64,000 nucleotides of DNA from Vicugna vicugna (lineage: Eukaryota). Where the stretch lies: positions 186,001-250,000 of the forward strand of contig MU057615.1 in the NCBI GenBank assembly GCA_013265495.1, in the 5' to 3' direction. Below, piece after piece: positions 27,930 through 40,183 of the stretch. The number at the start of each line of letters is the position of its first letter. Positions within the stretch are counted from its first letter, which is position 1. Under the pieces are notes generated by a model. That model was not told where the DNA came from. It worked only from the letters and a program-made list of their open reading frames with translations, and made no database searches. Position numbers and translations under genes: made by a program.

Positions 27930-28569
27930 TGAGACAGGGCGGAAGACGGCAGGGCACAACCATTAAGGAACGAGGTGACAATTGAAGATCTGACTCCCAG
28001 GAGACCTTGAGCTTCATTATAGGCTTGTTGTAATATGTTAACATGGTCAGTGGCCCTCCCACTGGCGCCACGACAGCTCCCAGGCTGACTGTAACAGGCC
28101 GAAAAGCAGGCGGTGGCCCAGTTCCTGGGAATCCCAGACCCTCCCCCAAAGTGGTTGGAACGGTCCTTACACTTGTTTGCAGGTGAAGCCCATAAAAACA
28201 AACAGCCTCTCACCTCGTCGCTCCCTCTCTCTTGCCTTCTGAGACGGCCTGCGTTCTGCCTGTGGAATGTGCCCCTACTTTTGCTTTAACTGCCTCCACA
28301 CCTCGTGGCCTGTCTGTCTTTCCTAGATGACCCCATGCTCTGGGGCCACCTCTTGCCTGCTGCCTCTCTCTTTCTTGCCTTTTGAGATGGCCCTGCACTT
28401 TGTCTATGAGCATGTATCTCTCTGAATGAATCTACTTTTACTCAGCTGTGGCTCATTCTTGAATTCTTTCTTGCACAAAACCAAGATCCCTCACTTGATG
28501 GGGTGCATCCTAGGACTCACCTGAGACCTGGGTCGTGGCCATCCCCTTGTGCCCCATTTTCCTGTATCA
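27930..28569 (+). mobile_element. ERV1 (MER41-like) solo LTR
   Basis: TGAGAC...GTATCA termini, exact 4-bp TSD aaac on both sides; related to LTRs at 55127-55686 and 60426-61017. Confidence 0.85.
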
Positions 28570-28600
28570 AAACCACCTCAAATCTAGTGTTTCCTTCACA

Positions 28601-28884
28601 CAGACATACCTGGGAGATGCTGTGGGTTCAGTTCCAGACCCTGTAATAAAGCGAATATGGCAATAAAGCCCGTCACATGCATTTTCTGATTTTCCAGTGC
28701 ATATTTATACATATTGTAGTCTAGTGAGTTTATGGTAGCATTATATTTTTTAAAATGCACATGCCTAGATTAAAAAGCACCTTATTGCTAAAAAATGTTA
28801 TCACCTGACAATGCAGGGGTGCCACAGACCTTCAATGTAGAAAAGCACAGCAAAGTGAAGTACAGTGAAAAGGGGGTCTGCCTG
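28601..28884 (-). mobile_element. Tigger1 internal-deletion derivative (TcMar-Tigger)
   Basis: TIR-like ends cagacatacctgg / gggtctgcctg and Tigger1 subterminal sequence (ggttcagttccagacc...aataaagcgaatat). Confidence 0.8.
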
Positions 28885-29382
28885 TGCTCCTCATGGTTCC
28901 TGGATGGGCGGGTAGGCTGGCGCTGGTGAGCTGAGGAGGGTAGCGTTCACCTCTGTGGGTGTTACCTTGATATGAGATGGGGCCGCGAGCATGTCTGGCA
29001 TCTGTCTCATTCTCAGCAGGCCAGCCTGGTCTCATCCATCTGGTGGTGGTTGGGGGTTCCCAAGAAGCAGCAAGACAGGCCAGTCTCAAGCTCCTTCCAA
29101 GCCTCTGCTGCTGTCACATTTGCTATAAGATACATGGCCAAGTCCAGAGTCAGTGTGGGAGAGCTGGCCAAGGCCATGGATGTAGAAACTGGGGTTCTTA
29201 TGGCTGTTTTTGCAAGTAACTTACCATAGTACGTGACACATTTTCTCCAAGAATTACTTACCACTTAAAAGTTTTGCTGATGGGCACACAGAAATTCAAT
29301 ATAGCAGGTTTTCCACTTGATAGTAAATTTGGATAAAAATGTTTGTGAACTATTAAAGTGAGTACTCAGACAGTGAAACTTT

Positions 29383-30471
29383 TTATTTTATTCATTTATT
29401 TATTTAATTAAACTATAGTCACTTACAATGTGTCAATTTCTGGTGTATGGCACAATGTCCCAGTCATGCATATATATACATATATTTGTTTTCATATTCT
29501 TTTTCATTAAAAGTTATCACAAGATATTGAATATAGTTCCCTGTGCTCTACAGGAGAAATTTGTCCTTATCTATTGTTATATGGTAGTTAACATTTGCAA
29601 ATCTCAAACTCCCAAATTTATCCCTTCCCACTCCCTTTCCCTGGTAACCCTAAGGTTGTTTATTATGTCTGCAAGTCTGTTTCTGTTTTGTAAATGAGTT
29701 TATTAGTGTCCTCTTTACTCTTTCTTTTTTTTTAAGATTCCACATATGAATGGTATCATAAGGTATTTTTCTTTCTCTTTCTGGCTTACTTTACTTAGAA
29801 TGATGATCTCCAGGCCCATCCATGTTGCTGCAAATGGCACTATTTTATTCTTTTTTATGGCTGAGTAGTATTCCATTGTATAATATACCACACCTTCTTT
29901 TTTCCTGTAAATTTCTAGTACTTTTGCTTTTTTGTATATATATATATTTTTTTTAATTGAAGTATAGTTAGTTTAGAATGTTGTGTCAATTTCTGGTGTA
30001 CAGCACAATGCTTAAGTCAAACATGAACATACATATGTTCATTTTTGTATTCTTTTTACTGTAAGTTACTACAAAATATTGAATATAGTTCCCTGTGCTA
30101 TACAGTATGAACTTGTTGTTTATCTATTTTATATATATTAGTATCTGAAAATTCAGTTTGTCCCTTCCTATCCCTTTCCAATCCCCTGGTAACCATAAGT
30201 TTATTTTCTATGTCTGTGAGTCTGTTTTTGTTTTGTAAATAAGTTCATATGCCTTTTTTTTTTTTTTAGATTCCACATATAAGTTATATCATACGGTATT
30301 TTTCTTTCTCTTCCTGGCTTACTTCACTTAGAATGACATTATCCAGGCCCACCTATGTTGCTGCAAATGGCATTATTTTATTGTTTTTATGGCTGAGTGT
30401 TGATCCATTGTATATATACCACAACGTCTTTATCCAGTCACCTGTCGGTGGACATTTAGGTTACTTCCATG
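29383..30471 (-). mobile_element. Composite of two young L1 3' ends in tandem
   Basis: Two similar L1 3' UTR copies (~29383-29896 and ~29947-30471) inside one 17-bp TSD tcagacag(t/a)gaaacttt. Confidence 0.85.
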
Positions 30472-30666
30472 TCAGACAGAGAAACTTTGGATAGCAAGGA
30501 TAGATATATTTTTAAGTGAAAAACCTGAAAGTGGCAGAAACTGTGTTTAAGAACAAGTGTGATGAACCCCTTTGGATAACTTTGTATTTTACTTTTGACA
30601 CTTTAACCTCCCGTAAGGCATTTTACCTCAAATTGTAGTGATTTTCTGTGTCTTCACTTGGTGTCT

Positions 30667-31039
30667 GCATTAGTTTGCTAGGGCTGTGAGAAGGAAATAC
30701 CACAGACCCAGGGGCTTGAACAACAGAAGTGTATGTTCTCATTGTCTGGGGGCCAGAAGTCTAAGATCCAGGGGTCAGCTGGGTTGGTTCCTCCTGAGGC
30801 CTCTCTCTTTGGCTTGCAGATGGCCGCCTTCTCCCTGTGTCCTCTTGTGGACTTCTCACTGGGTATCCTTCTTTTTAAAAAGACATCAGTCAGATTGGAT
30901 TCAGGTCCACCCATATGAGCTCATTTTAACTGAATCATCTCCTGAAAGGCGCTGTCTCCCAGTACAGTCACAGTCTGAGGCACTGGGGGATAGGACTTCA
31001 ACATGCAAGTTTGAGGGGTACACAGCTCAGTCTGTAAGA
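30667..31039 (-). mobile_element. MaLR solo LTR (MLT1A-like)
   Basis: tgcattagtttgctagggctg...aaataccacagac...ggccagaagtctaagatc...ggacttcaacatg...cagctcagtctgtaaga. Confidence 0.85.
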
Positions 31040-31139
31040 GTCTCTCTGAGTTTTCTGTAGCCCCCTCTGCACACACCTCTGTGCTGGGCTCCTGGCTATA
31101 TGAAAAAGGGCCAGGAGCATGGCTTTTCCCTGGGAATGA

Positions 31140-32044
31140 GTGAGCATCACACACAAGGGCTTGCTAGGAGACGGAGTGACCGCGAAATCAGGAAGCCCAC
31201 CAAGGTGTGGGGCCTTGCTCCGGCTGTGAAAGAGTTTGTGCAAATTGGCAAAGTAAACCGCCGCCTTATTGTTCAGAAGGGGGCATGGAAGGAAAATGCT
31301 CCAGCAGAGAGAAGGGGGGAAAAACGCTAGAGTGGGGAGAGGAAGTGCTTGAGTGAGTTGCCATCAGCCAGGGTGGGCGCTGGAAACAGCTCCGGCCCGG
31401 GTCGGGCCCCGTGGACTTTTATGGGAGGCTTCGCCATCATGTCCTCCTTCTGGGTGTGATGGAGGCAATCGCCTTGTCCTCCATCTTCATATGGGCTTTT
31501 CTTGTTGTTGTCTTGGCAACTGTCAGCTGTCATGGCGCTGGTGGGTGTGTCACTTAGCAACTAATACATCACAGTGCGTCTATAATGAGGCTCCGGGTCC
31601 ACTGGAGGTCAAATCTTCCACCTTGGACCCTGTAGGTTCTAACCGGTTCTTGTTTCTTCTCCTGAGACTTAGATAAGAGTCATTAGTTTGTAGTTGAGGG
31701 AGGGGCAGGGGTATGATCCTGGGGGCAACAGCCTTGTAACAAAAAGGAAAAGTTGCTTTTAATCAGAATGCTGGCATTTTGGTGGACCCAGTGTTCCCCC
31801 AAAAAACCATCTCTGAAGATTCTCCTCCGGCATAACCAAGAGGCAGGGCTTGGGGGGGCCTTAGTTTCTGCAGAAGAGCTTAAAGATATTGTTATGTGTG
31901 TTCCCTGAGGAGGAGCCAGGACCCTGCCCCAGGGCTGCATGATTGTTTCTTGACAGTTCCCCCTCATTTCTGCATTCTCTCCCTTCCCTGATTAGCAAGT
32001 GTTTGAATCTGCCCTTTGGAACTCAGAGAAAGTCAAGGAGGCTG
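31140..32044 (-). mobile_element. Adjacent ERV1-type LTR fragments (~31140-31660 and ~31735-32044)
   Basis: Shares motifs with the 55/60-kb LTRs (gtcatggcgctggtggg; ggaggtcaaatcttcc...ggttctaacc); second piece begins tgtaac. Confidence 0.6.
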
Positions 32045-33243
32045 TGTTGTTGGTGATTAGGTTCTTGTCTTGTGGCAGAAAGAATTTAGAGACTAGATAG
32101 AGAGGTTAAGAAAGTAAAGTGGGAAAAAAAAAAAAGATTTGAGCCCAATAGAAGGCACTGATAAGACATTGGGGCTTTGAGTATTTTATTTCAGTGATTA
32201 TGAAACTGAATACCGTATGGCACATATTTCCTCATTTAGGAGATTTTTAATTATATTATGTTGGATCTAATCATAAAATCCTTAGGATTTTAAAATAGGA
32301 AGGAATCCAAGTAGTCAACCCTTACCTCCCTCCACCTTTTTCATCAGACTACTGACCAACTTCATTTGAAAGCTGCTAATGGTGGGGAGGTTTGGGAATT
32401 TGTATGAAAACAAGAGATACTCATAAAAATTCAACCACCAAAGGAAGGTATAGAGTCAAAAGTAAGATGCATCAATCTATTGGTACCATTTCTCCAAGAA
32501 TAACAATTTTAAAAACTTTTTTATAAATATGTATGGGGTTTTATTTTACAAAAATGTTATCACATCTACATATTATTTTTTGTTCCTTCTTTGCAGAGTA
32601 AAATTTTTGATGCAAAATTTATAAATTTTTTAATGGATCATAACTTTCATGTCAAATTAAAGAACTTAGCTTAAAAAAAAAGAAAAGTGGGGATTTATTA
32701 AGGGATAGAATGTTGTCAAGGGGAGAGCGGGCAGACTCGGGTGAGCAGCTGCCCCGAGTTTCTTTGCAAGTTGGTTACACAGAGTGTAAAAATGAATGGA
32801 TGGAATATTCATTGGAAAGGGAAGGGTTTGGGGTCATATTCCTTGATTTTCATCCCAGCTCTGTCTTCCCAAAGGGAGGAGAGATTTTTGTCCTTATTTA
32901 GTCTGGATTGGAAGTGTCATGGCGTCAGTGCAGGATGGGTACTTCTAATCTGCAAGGCTGATTTTATAGTAGTAAGGGCATACTGAGCAAAAGGTTACAT
33001 TCAGATGTTGGAGACTCCTGTCTTTTCCTCCCTTTCTTTGTGGGCCTCCAGGTTGTCACCCCAAAATATGTGATCACTTACAGCCCAGAGGTTCCTGCTT
33101 TTCTCTGCCCAGGGACCCCTGTGGTTTACGTGATGCGTGGTTTCCTGCATTTGGCCCATGCTCCCCCTCTCATGCCCAGTTCCTGCCATTTGGTCTGCAT
33201 CCCCCTTTCTCTGCTCGTATCTAGCTATTTGCCTGCTCTAATA
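32045..33243 (-). mobile_element. ERV1-type solo LTR with an internal ~560-bp retroposed insert
   Basis: tgttg...taata termini, exact 4-bp TSD gctg (32041-32044 and 33244-33247), reverse polyA signal tttatt at ~32694. Confidence 0.8.
32124..32683 (+). other. L1-mediated retroposed insert (putative orphan 3' transduction)
   Basis: A12 at the 5' end, non-LTR AT-rich body, ATTAAA at 32656-32661, A-tail at 32673-32681, TSD aaagtggg at 32116-32123 and 32684-32691. Confidence 0.7.
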
Positions 33244-33714
33244 GCTGGGGAAGCTTTCAGGCTGTGTTTAAGGTTTGGGGGTATGGGTGACTTCATACAT
33301 GAGTATATGATGACGTTCACAGGATGAGCAGGACCCAGGCTTCAGCTCAGTGTCATTTTTTCCCTCAACGTCCAGGACTCCCAAAGTGTGGGTAGCTTGG
33401 AGGAAAACCCCAGAGCCCAAAGTTCTCATGTGGAATCCTCTGACTTTATATGAAAGAAATGAGGTTTTCCCCGATTTAGCAGAATCCCAAGCATGCACAT
33501 GATAGTTCCAATGATGAATTGTGAGTTGAAGTAAACTTAAAAAAAAAAAGCTATTTATAATAAAACATTTTATTTTGTCATACCAGAAGAAATAATCATT
33601 TTTATCCTCTCTCTAAAAAGAATAATGTCATAAAAATCATTGTCATAGAAAAGTGCAACCAAAGAATGAGCAGTCAAAAGACGTAGGAGACACCAGTGCT
33701 CCTTGGCAGCCCTT

Positions 33715-33868
33715 CTGTATGTGACAAATTACTGCAAAGGTCGTGACTTGAGGCAACACAAGTTTATTATCTTACTGGGTGACAATCAAGGCCCCTCCCA
33801 GGGCTGCATTCCTTCTGGCAGCCAAGGAGAGAATCCATTTCCTTGCGTTTCCAGCTTCTTGAGACCAC
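33715..33868 (-). mobile_element. MLT1 LTR fragment
   Basis: acaaattactgcaaa...caacacaagtttattatcttac...agggctgcattccttctgg...gagaatccatttccttg. Confidence 0.7.
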
Positions 33869-34023
33869 TTACATTTTTCAGGGGGAAAAAAAAGATGTCA
33901 GACACATAAGTATGAAGACAGGCCAGTTAGCAAATAAAAATAAAATCTACTTTTCCTGGATTTTGTGATTTTTGTAGCATTTGCGATTGTTAAGTATTTA
34001 TGTTTTTTCTCATGCAAAGTAAA

Positions 34024-34078
<55 letters not shown>

Positions 34079-34080
34079 GT
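34024..34080. repeat. Compound (TG)n(TA)n microsatellite
   Basis: Directly visible. Confidence 0.95.
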
Positions 34081-36809
34081 ATTTAATATTGCTTTTAGAT
34101 TTTTATATCCTTTTCTTATAAAGGGCCCTAGGTCAATTAATATCAGGTGACAAGTCCTGAACCTGCTCAGGAGAGCACTGTGCTCCCCTGTTGCATCTTG
34201 GGGTCACGTCCCCTGTTGCTTCTACAGGAGATCCCTGTAACGAATACTTTTCACAACCTGCCATACCTGAAGTGGTCTCGCTCCTTTCAGCTCGGATACA
34301 GTCCTCCCTGACTGATACACCCCTTCACCTGTCCACTTTCTGCCTGGTGGTCCGAGGACCAGATGGGGGGGCGTCTGTGCAGAGCTGCCTGCTCCTCCTG
34401 AGTTGGTCTCTCTGGCTTCCTGGAGCCTGCCCTCCCCTCCCCTGGGCTCTGAGTGGGGCATCACACGCTCTCCACACTGCAGGCCTGCACTCCTGAAGGC
34501 AGGGCGTTGCACCTGTCCTTATATAAACCTAGCACCACGCCCAGCACAGAGTAGGACTGACATCGTGGAGTGGGTGAACAGCTTCCCAAAACTGGAAGAG
34601 CCTGGGTAGACGGGGAGAATGTTCAGGAGCCAAGGGTGTGAGCAGGGCACGCGTGGCCCCTGGAGGCCACGGACCTGAAGGCAGATGCCTGGGGAGAAGC
34701 AGAGGCCAGCTGCAAAGCCTTGTTTCCCAGGGTGACCTGGAGGAAGTAACACCAAAAATGTATATTTTTGTTATGCACCCAACTCTGATAAGGAAGAAAT
34801 AAAGATGGTTTTATTCTAATCATCACTGCATATTACACATTTTGAGACAAGACATTTGAACAACCTTTAACTGGCAGGGGCCTGTGGTCACCATTTTATA
34901 AAGAAAACTGCCGGTGACTTCCAGGACTGATGTATGTGTCTGTCCTGCTCCAGGCGTGTCCTGACGCACTGGGACTGAGGGAGGGAGCCTGTGCCCGGGA
35001 GCGGGTGACTTCCGCCCCCTCCAGTCTCCACGTGCCTCTCCTCCATTAATCTGTCATTTTTCCGTTTGGCCCTCTTCTCTGGTAAAGGAAAGGAGAAAAG
35101 CATTAGAAAATAGCATTCTGGTGTTTTAGAAGTTACACATAGATAACATTAAGCATCATCATTTTTCTTGTCTTTTGTTAAAATGCTCCACGTGCTGCAG
35201 AGACTCATGGCCTTTTTAGGAACCATTAAATGCTCCAAATTATTAAAACAAATTATGAGCATAGGTCCTTCAAAAACATGAAGGTTTCTATTTGGGGATT
35301 TTACGTATTTCTCACCTGTTACATTTATCGGTATCTCAGACACATTAATTTCCCAGCTATTTATGAATTATGTAAAATGTTATTTTAGATAGACATTGTG
35401 AGAATGATTTTTTTCCTCTGCAGAAAGGGAAGATGATTAATGCAGTTACAAAGATGTTTATGAGAGACAGAAAAGTATTTCTTTGTGGGTGGGAAGTGTT
35501 TCTCCAACAGTTCGTCAAATGTAGACACAATAAAACATTCGCACCAGGCACCAGGCAGGCCATGTGCATTGCGCCCTCCCGAGCTGGAGTTTGAGGCAGG
35601 AGTTTCAAATAAGAAGGACATCCCCCAGATCCTGTAGTCCCCACCGCAGGACGTCCTGGTATGATGCCTTTCCTTACAGGAAAATTCCCTACAGAAAAAT
35701 CACTTTCAACAGTGAAAAATCCAACTCCAGGCCAGGATGTGGAAATATAAAATGTTTGAGTCTGAAAAATTCTTACATTTAATCTAACCCAATTTTACAG
35801 AGGAGGAATCGAGGCCCAGGAAGGGTAGTCACTTTACACAGTTTTTAAACGGGGCTGAAGTGGAGTGGGCTTCTGTGCCGGGGTTCTCTCTGCAACGTGT
35901 CACAGCGGTCCCCACATCTGACCGCTGGATTACAGCTGCTGCAGCTGCGCTCAGTCACATCCAGGGAAGCAAATTTTGACTGTACAGTTTGGAACAATTG
36001 GTCCTTAGCAGGTGTGTGACTTGATGAAAGTTACTTAATCTCTTTGGCCTTGGTCTCCCACCCTCCTGGGCAGAAAGTCATTATTGTCTCTGCCCCAGTG
36101 ATCAGCGCCTGGGAGGGGCAGGAGCATCTGGGCCTCGTAGGAGTGACTTCAGGTAACGCTGCCTCTCTGACTATATAAGGTTTACCCATTTAAAATCTGC
36201 ATTTTGAAGTGTATTGTGTACGCGCATTAATGGGGATGGAAAGCAGAGAAGCTCAGGAGAGAAAGGGCATAAAGAGGAAAACCTTCTGTTCAGCGGGAGA
36301 CTTTCTGTTTCACCATTTTTACACAGTAAAGAGACTCACTTAGAAATTTTTACTTGGGGTCCCAGAATTCAAACTACACATTGAGGAACTTTGGTAAAAA
36401 TTCTTCAAGTTTTCTGAGTTTCAATATTCCTGTTAGAATATTGGGATGGAAAAATATCTGGATGCTTTTAGGTTCTTTCCAAAATACAACTGGGGCCTTT
36501 ACGGAGAACATTCTTTATTGATAGCATCGCCCACATCCCTGGGGGCTTGGCGCTGCTGGGGAGCGCACCTTCATCCTTCTCTCCTCACTCCTTTGCCCAA
36601 TAAACCAGTGTTAGAGGGAGCGAGGGCGTAATCCCCATGGGCACCTGTACGTGCCGTACCGGCCAGTCTCACATCCTGAATTTTATTTAAGGTTTTAAGT
36701 ATGTTCTCATATTCTTTGTAAAAATACAGCCCTTTACATAGTCAGAAATCATAATCGTGTGGCTAAAATCCTACCATCAAGGAGGTAGGGGGCCTGCTCC
36801 CCTGCCCCG

Positions 36810-37000
36810 CCGGTTGGTTCTGCACCGCGCATTGCTCCTGTCTCATCAGGAATGCCCCTGACCTTGCTGCTGCCTTTGCTCCGGGCTCCCGCAAGGGGCG
36901 CCTCTGTCTGCGTTGCTCACTCCTGCACTTCACTGAGGTCTTGGCTCTAAGTCACCTTCTCAGTGAGGACTGCAGCCCTCAACCCTCTGGTCCACTCTCC
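36810..37000 (+). mobile_element. L2 fragment
   Basis: ttgctcactcctgcacttcactgaggtcttggctctaagtcaccttctcagtgaggact. Confidence 0.65.
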
Positions 37001-38189
37001 TTTCCCCCTTTTGCACCCACACTATGTGTTCAGATGGGCCTCTGCTTCACGCAGCCTCTCGGGACCTGGGAAGGGGGCGTGTGAATGTACCACGTGCGCA
37101 CAGGGAGGGATGCTGCAGTGTTTGGTGAACAGCACCAGTGAGCACCGTGATCTGGATCTAGCTGCCAAATACTTTGTCTGTCTCCCTCATTAGGAAAGAC
37201 ACACTCCTCCCTTCTTCAACTGAGGCAACCCAAAAGGTCCACCCTGTCCCATCCGCAGTGTCAAGGTGACCTGTATGTGTGCTGCTCTCCGCACCAAGTT
37301 TGACCTTGGCTTTCCCTGATCCATCATCCTCTAATAAACTAAAAAGGACAGCTGCCTAATCCCTGCCCCCATGTGGCTACAAGCACAGAGAAGGGCCAGG
37401 AAAGTCACCACCAACCCGCTGATTTGCAGCCATTCTGAGGTCCCGGGGGCCGAGCCTGGGTGGGCTGCGCTCCCTGAGAGAAGAGCGTCTGATTAAGCGT
37501 TAATTCTGCTCCTAGAGGCCTCTCCTCCCTGGCTCTCGATGCCCTTGTCCAGGAGTTTTCCTTTTCCATTAACTCCGGACTGTGGGAAAGTTGGCGCTGG
37601 AGAATAAGTCTTTGTGGTCCAGTCAGCTTTTCCAGGTCATGATCTGCCCATTACAGATAGGAATGCAAAAGTACATCTAAATCTCAAATAGTCACAGACT
37701 TTTCCTCCTGACTTGAGGTCCTGTTGGCAGTAGAGCTCTCTGAAAACCTAGCCAGCCTCTTAACACCGAGGCCAGTCTCACGTGGGCATAGACATGATCA
37801 CAGATCTTGTGTCAACATAACTCCAAGATCCACAACATGCCTTTAATTTTGCCCACCATTGCCTCTACCCAGCCCTTCACTTTCCTCTCACTCTTACTCT
37901 TTCTCTTAAATTGAGCACGGCCACCTTGGCCCTGTCCCGCCTTCAGTGGAAGAGTCATGCATTACTCTCTTGCACAGGGGACATATTTGCACAAGTAAAG
38001 ACTTTGCATGGTGGCAACTTCACCCCATTTAGAGATTTTTAGCAACAGGTCTGATTATTTCTGCAAAGCTGAGTTTCAGCAGGCTTTTAACACTCAAAGC
38101 ATTTCTTGATTCTGTGATTTACTGATGGGGATGAGCAGCTTTTCTTTCTTCCATCCCTTCAAGAACTTGTGTTTGCTTTATCTTTCTTT

Positions 38190-38684
38190 TCTCTTCGGGC
38201 AGTGTAAGAAAAACGCACAGCCCAAAAGTGGCAAGTCCTGTTTGGGGATCTTGTTGAGGACTATATCCTGGGAGACGGCCTCTCAGTTAGCTCTGAGGAA
38301 CTTCCCTGAAGAGCTAAGGAAGAAGCCAGGGTATAGAGCTTTTTGCTGGAAAAAATAACACAGTGGGACATCAGAAGATTGCTGCTAATTGCAAAGAACA
38401 GACATCTCAGGTTACTGATTTTAGGATTTTTCTATATATGGGAAGATGCAAGCATCTGGATTCACTGAAATTATTCCTTAGATATGCACCTTAACCATCT
38501 AGGGCCGGATTCCAAAGCACCGAATGCTTCCTGTTTTTGTCCGTCCTGAATTCCCCTCAGGCACAGACACTGGGGGGTATGGATGGGGGCTGCTGCAGTG
38601 GCTAATGGCCTGGTCCTTATAGAACTGGAAATTTGGGCAACATTCTTTGATTACGGGAATGTCGGGCAACATTCCTCGTTCACA
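38190..38684 (-). mobile_element. ERV1-type solo LTR, same family as 14350-14842
   Basis: By eye, the reverse complement aligns with the 14.3-kb LTR (aaggaataatttcagtgaatccaga...cttcccatatatagaaaa...ctgagatgtctg); ends cctcgttcaca. Confidence 0.8.
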
Positions 38685-39479
38685 CTTTCATAACTGCTTC
38701 CAAGCTGGCCAACCATCTTCTGAGATCATCTCTTTCCTGTGTTGACTTCCCAGGCACAGTCAACAGCAGTCATTGGATCAGATGTGTCATGGTTCTCACC
38801 TTCATTGTTGGTTGAAGGCCCATCTTCCATGACTGGACCATAAGCCCCTCAAAGGCAGGAGCTCTCCTGTTGGCGCAGTGCTGGGTCTTGAATGGTTTGC
38901 CAGGCCTGACATAGTGCAACAAAGTGGTGATGAGCGAGCGGGTTTGTCAGTAAAAGGCTGGGTCTGGTCAGTTGAATTCCCTGGCTAAGAAAGTTTCTTT
39001 AAATGGAAACTCAATGGAAAGGAGAAATATGGGATTTGTTGAGAATTACTCAACTCTGTCAAAGTACTTCGTTTATAATTTTGAATATATATATATTCGT
39101 TTATAATATTGAATATATAAAGAAGCTATGAAAGATTAAACTGTCTAACAGTCTGCCTTTTGATCCTCCTTGCCATGGACCTAAAGCTAGTCCTTTAAAC
39201 TGTAATTATGAGAGAGTCTCTGAGGTGGTCCAGACTCGAGACATTTCTCTGGGTCGCACAGTGTTGTTAGCCCCATCCTGTATCTGATGTGCTATGAACA
39301 CTGGGGTGGCTTCCAATTACAGAAGCCATTTGAGCCCCATCAGCCCTGCGTTGGAATCAGCACTTGGCTTGGATGGCTGTCAGCTCTCTAGTTTTTGGTT
39401 GTTGCTTATTTTTCCCTTTTCTTTTTGATTTGGGCTGTATTATTTGAGAAGGCTCTTGAGTGAAAATGACAATCATTAT

Positions 39480-39710
39480 AATATAAGCTAACACTTTCTG
39501 GATCATTTGTTTCATGCCAGGCACTAGAGATTTTTATTTAACTATTTATTTCCTCCTATACACCCCCTTTAGGAGGTAGACACTACTATTCTTCCCATTT
39601 TACAGATTAGAGAATGGAGGCTTTAATAGATCATGCTACCTGTCAAAGCTTGGACTTATGAATATAGGAGGGTCTGCCTCTGTGCTCTGAAATATATTCT
39701 TCTGCCTCTT
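39480..39710 (-). mobile_element. MIR SINE
   Basis: agctaacactt...tgccaggcact...gaggtagacactactattcttcccattttacagattagagaatggaggc. Confidence 0.8.
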
Positions 39711-39962
39711 GGCCCCTCACCACATCCCACGATTACAATTTAAGATTTACAGAGCATTTTCACACAGGTTATCAGACTGTGTGATTGGTTGTCTTTGTTG
39801 AATGTCTATCATGTTGATGCAGGCACTGTGTTAAGCACTATCAGAAAAGGAAGTGGGAAGATAAGGATGTAAACCTGGGGAAAACCAAATTTCTGAAAAA
39901 GAAAACAAAGCATGCAGAAAATCCAATAGAAATGTCTTACCCCTCCTTCTGCTCTGTTTCAG

Positions 39963-40183
39963 GAATACCAAATTGATATATTTTTTGCTCAGACCTGGAC
40001 TGACAGTCGCCTTCGGTTCAACAGCACGATGAAAATACTTACTCTGAACAGCAACATGGTGGGGCTAATATGGATTCCAGATACAATCTTCCGCAATTCT
40101 AAAACTGCAGAGGCTCACTGGATCACCACCCCCAATCAGCTCCTCAGAATTTGGAATGATGGGAAAATCCTTTACACCTTAAG
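39963..40183 (+). CDS. GABRG3: GABA-A receptor gamma-3 subunit, internal coding exon (exon 4, 221 bp)
   Basis: Acceptor ctctgtttcAG|GAATAC, donor TTAAG|gtaaga. Open frame [73 protein letters not shown](R), with the WxPD motif of Cys-loop receptors and gamma-3-type residues. Confidence 0.97.

Larger units (their letters stand above)
27905..29210 (-). mobile_element. Old MaLR LTR (MLT1-like) hosting an ERV1 LTR and a Tigger1 derivative
   Basis: ttgccatgcgacaaac|aaaccacctcaaatctagtg...tccaagcctctgctgctgtcacatttgcta...catggccaagtccagagtc. Confidence 0.6.
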
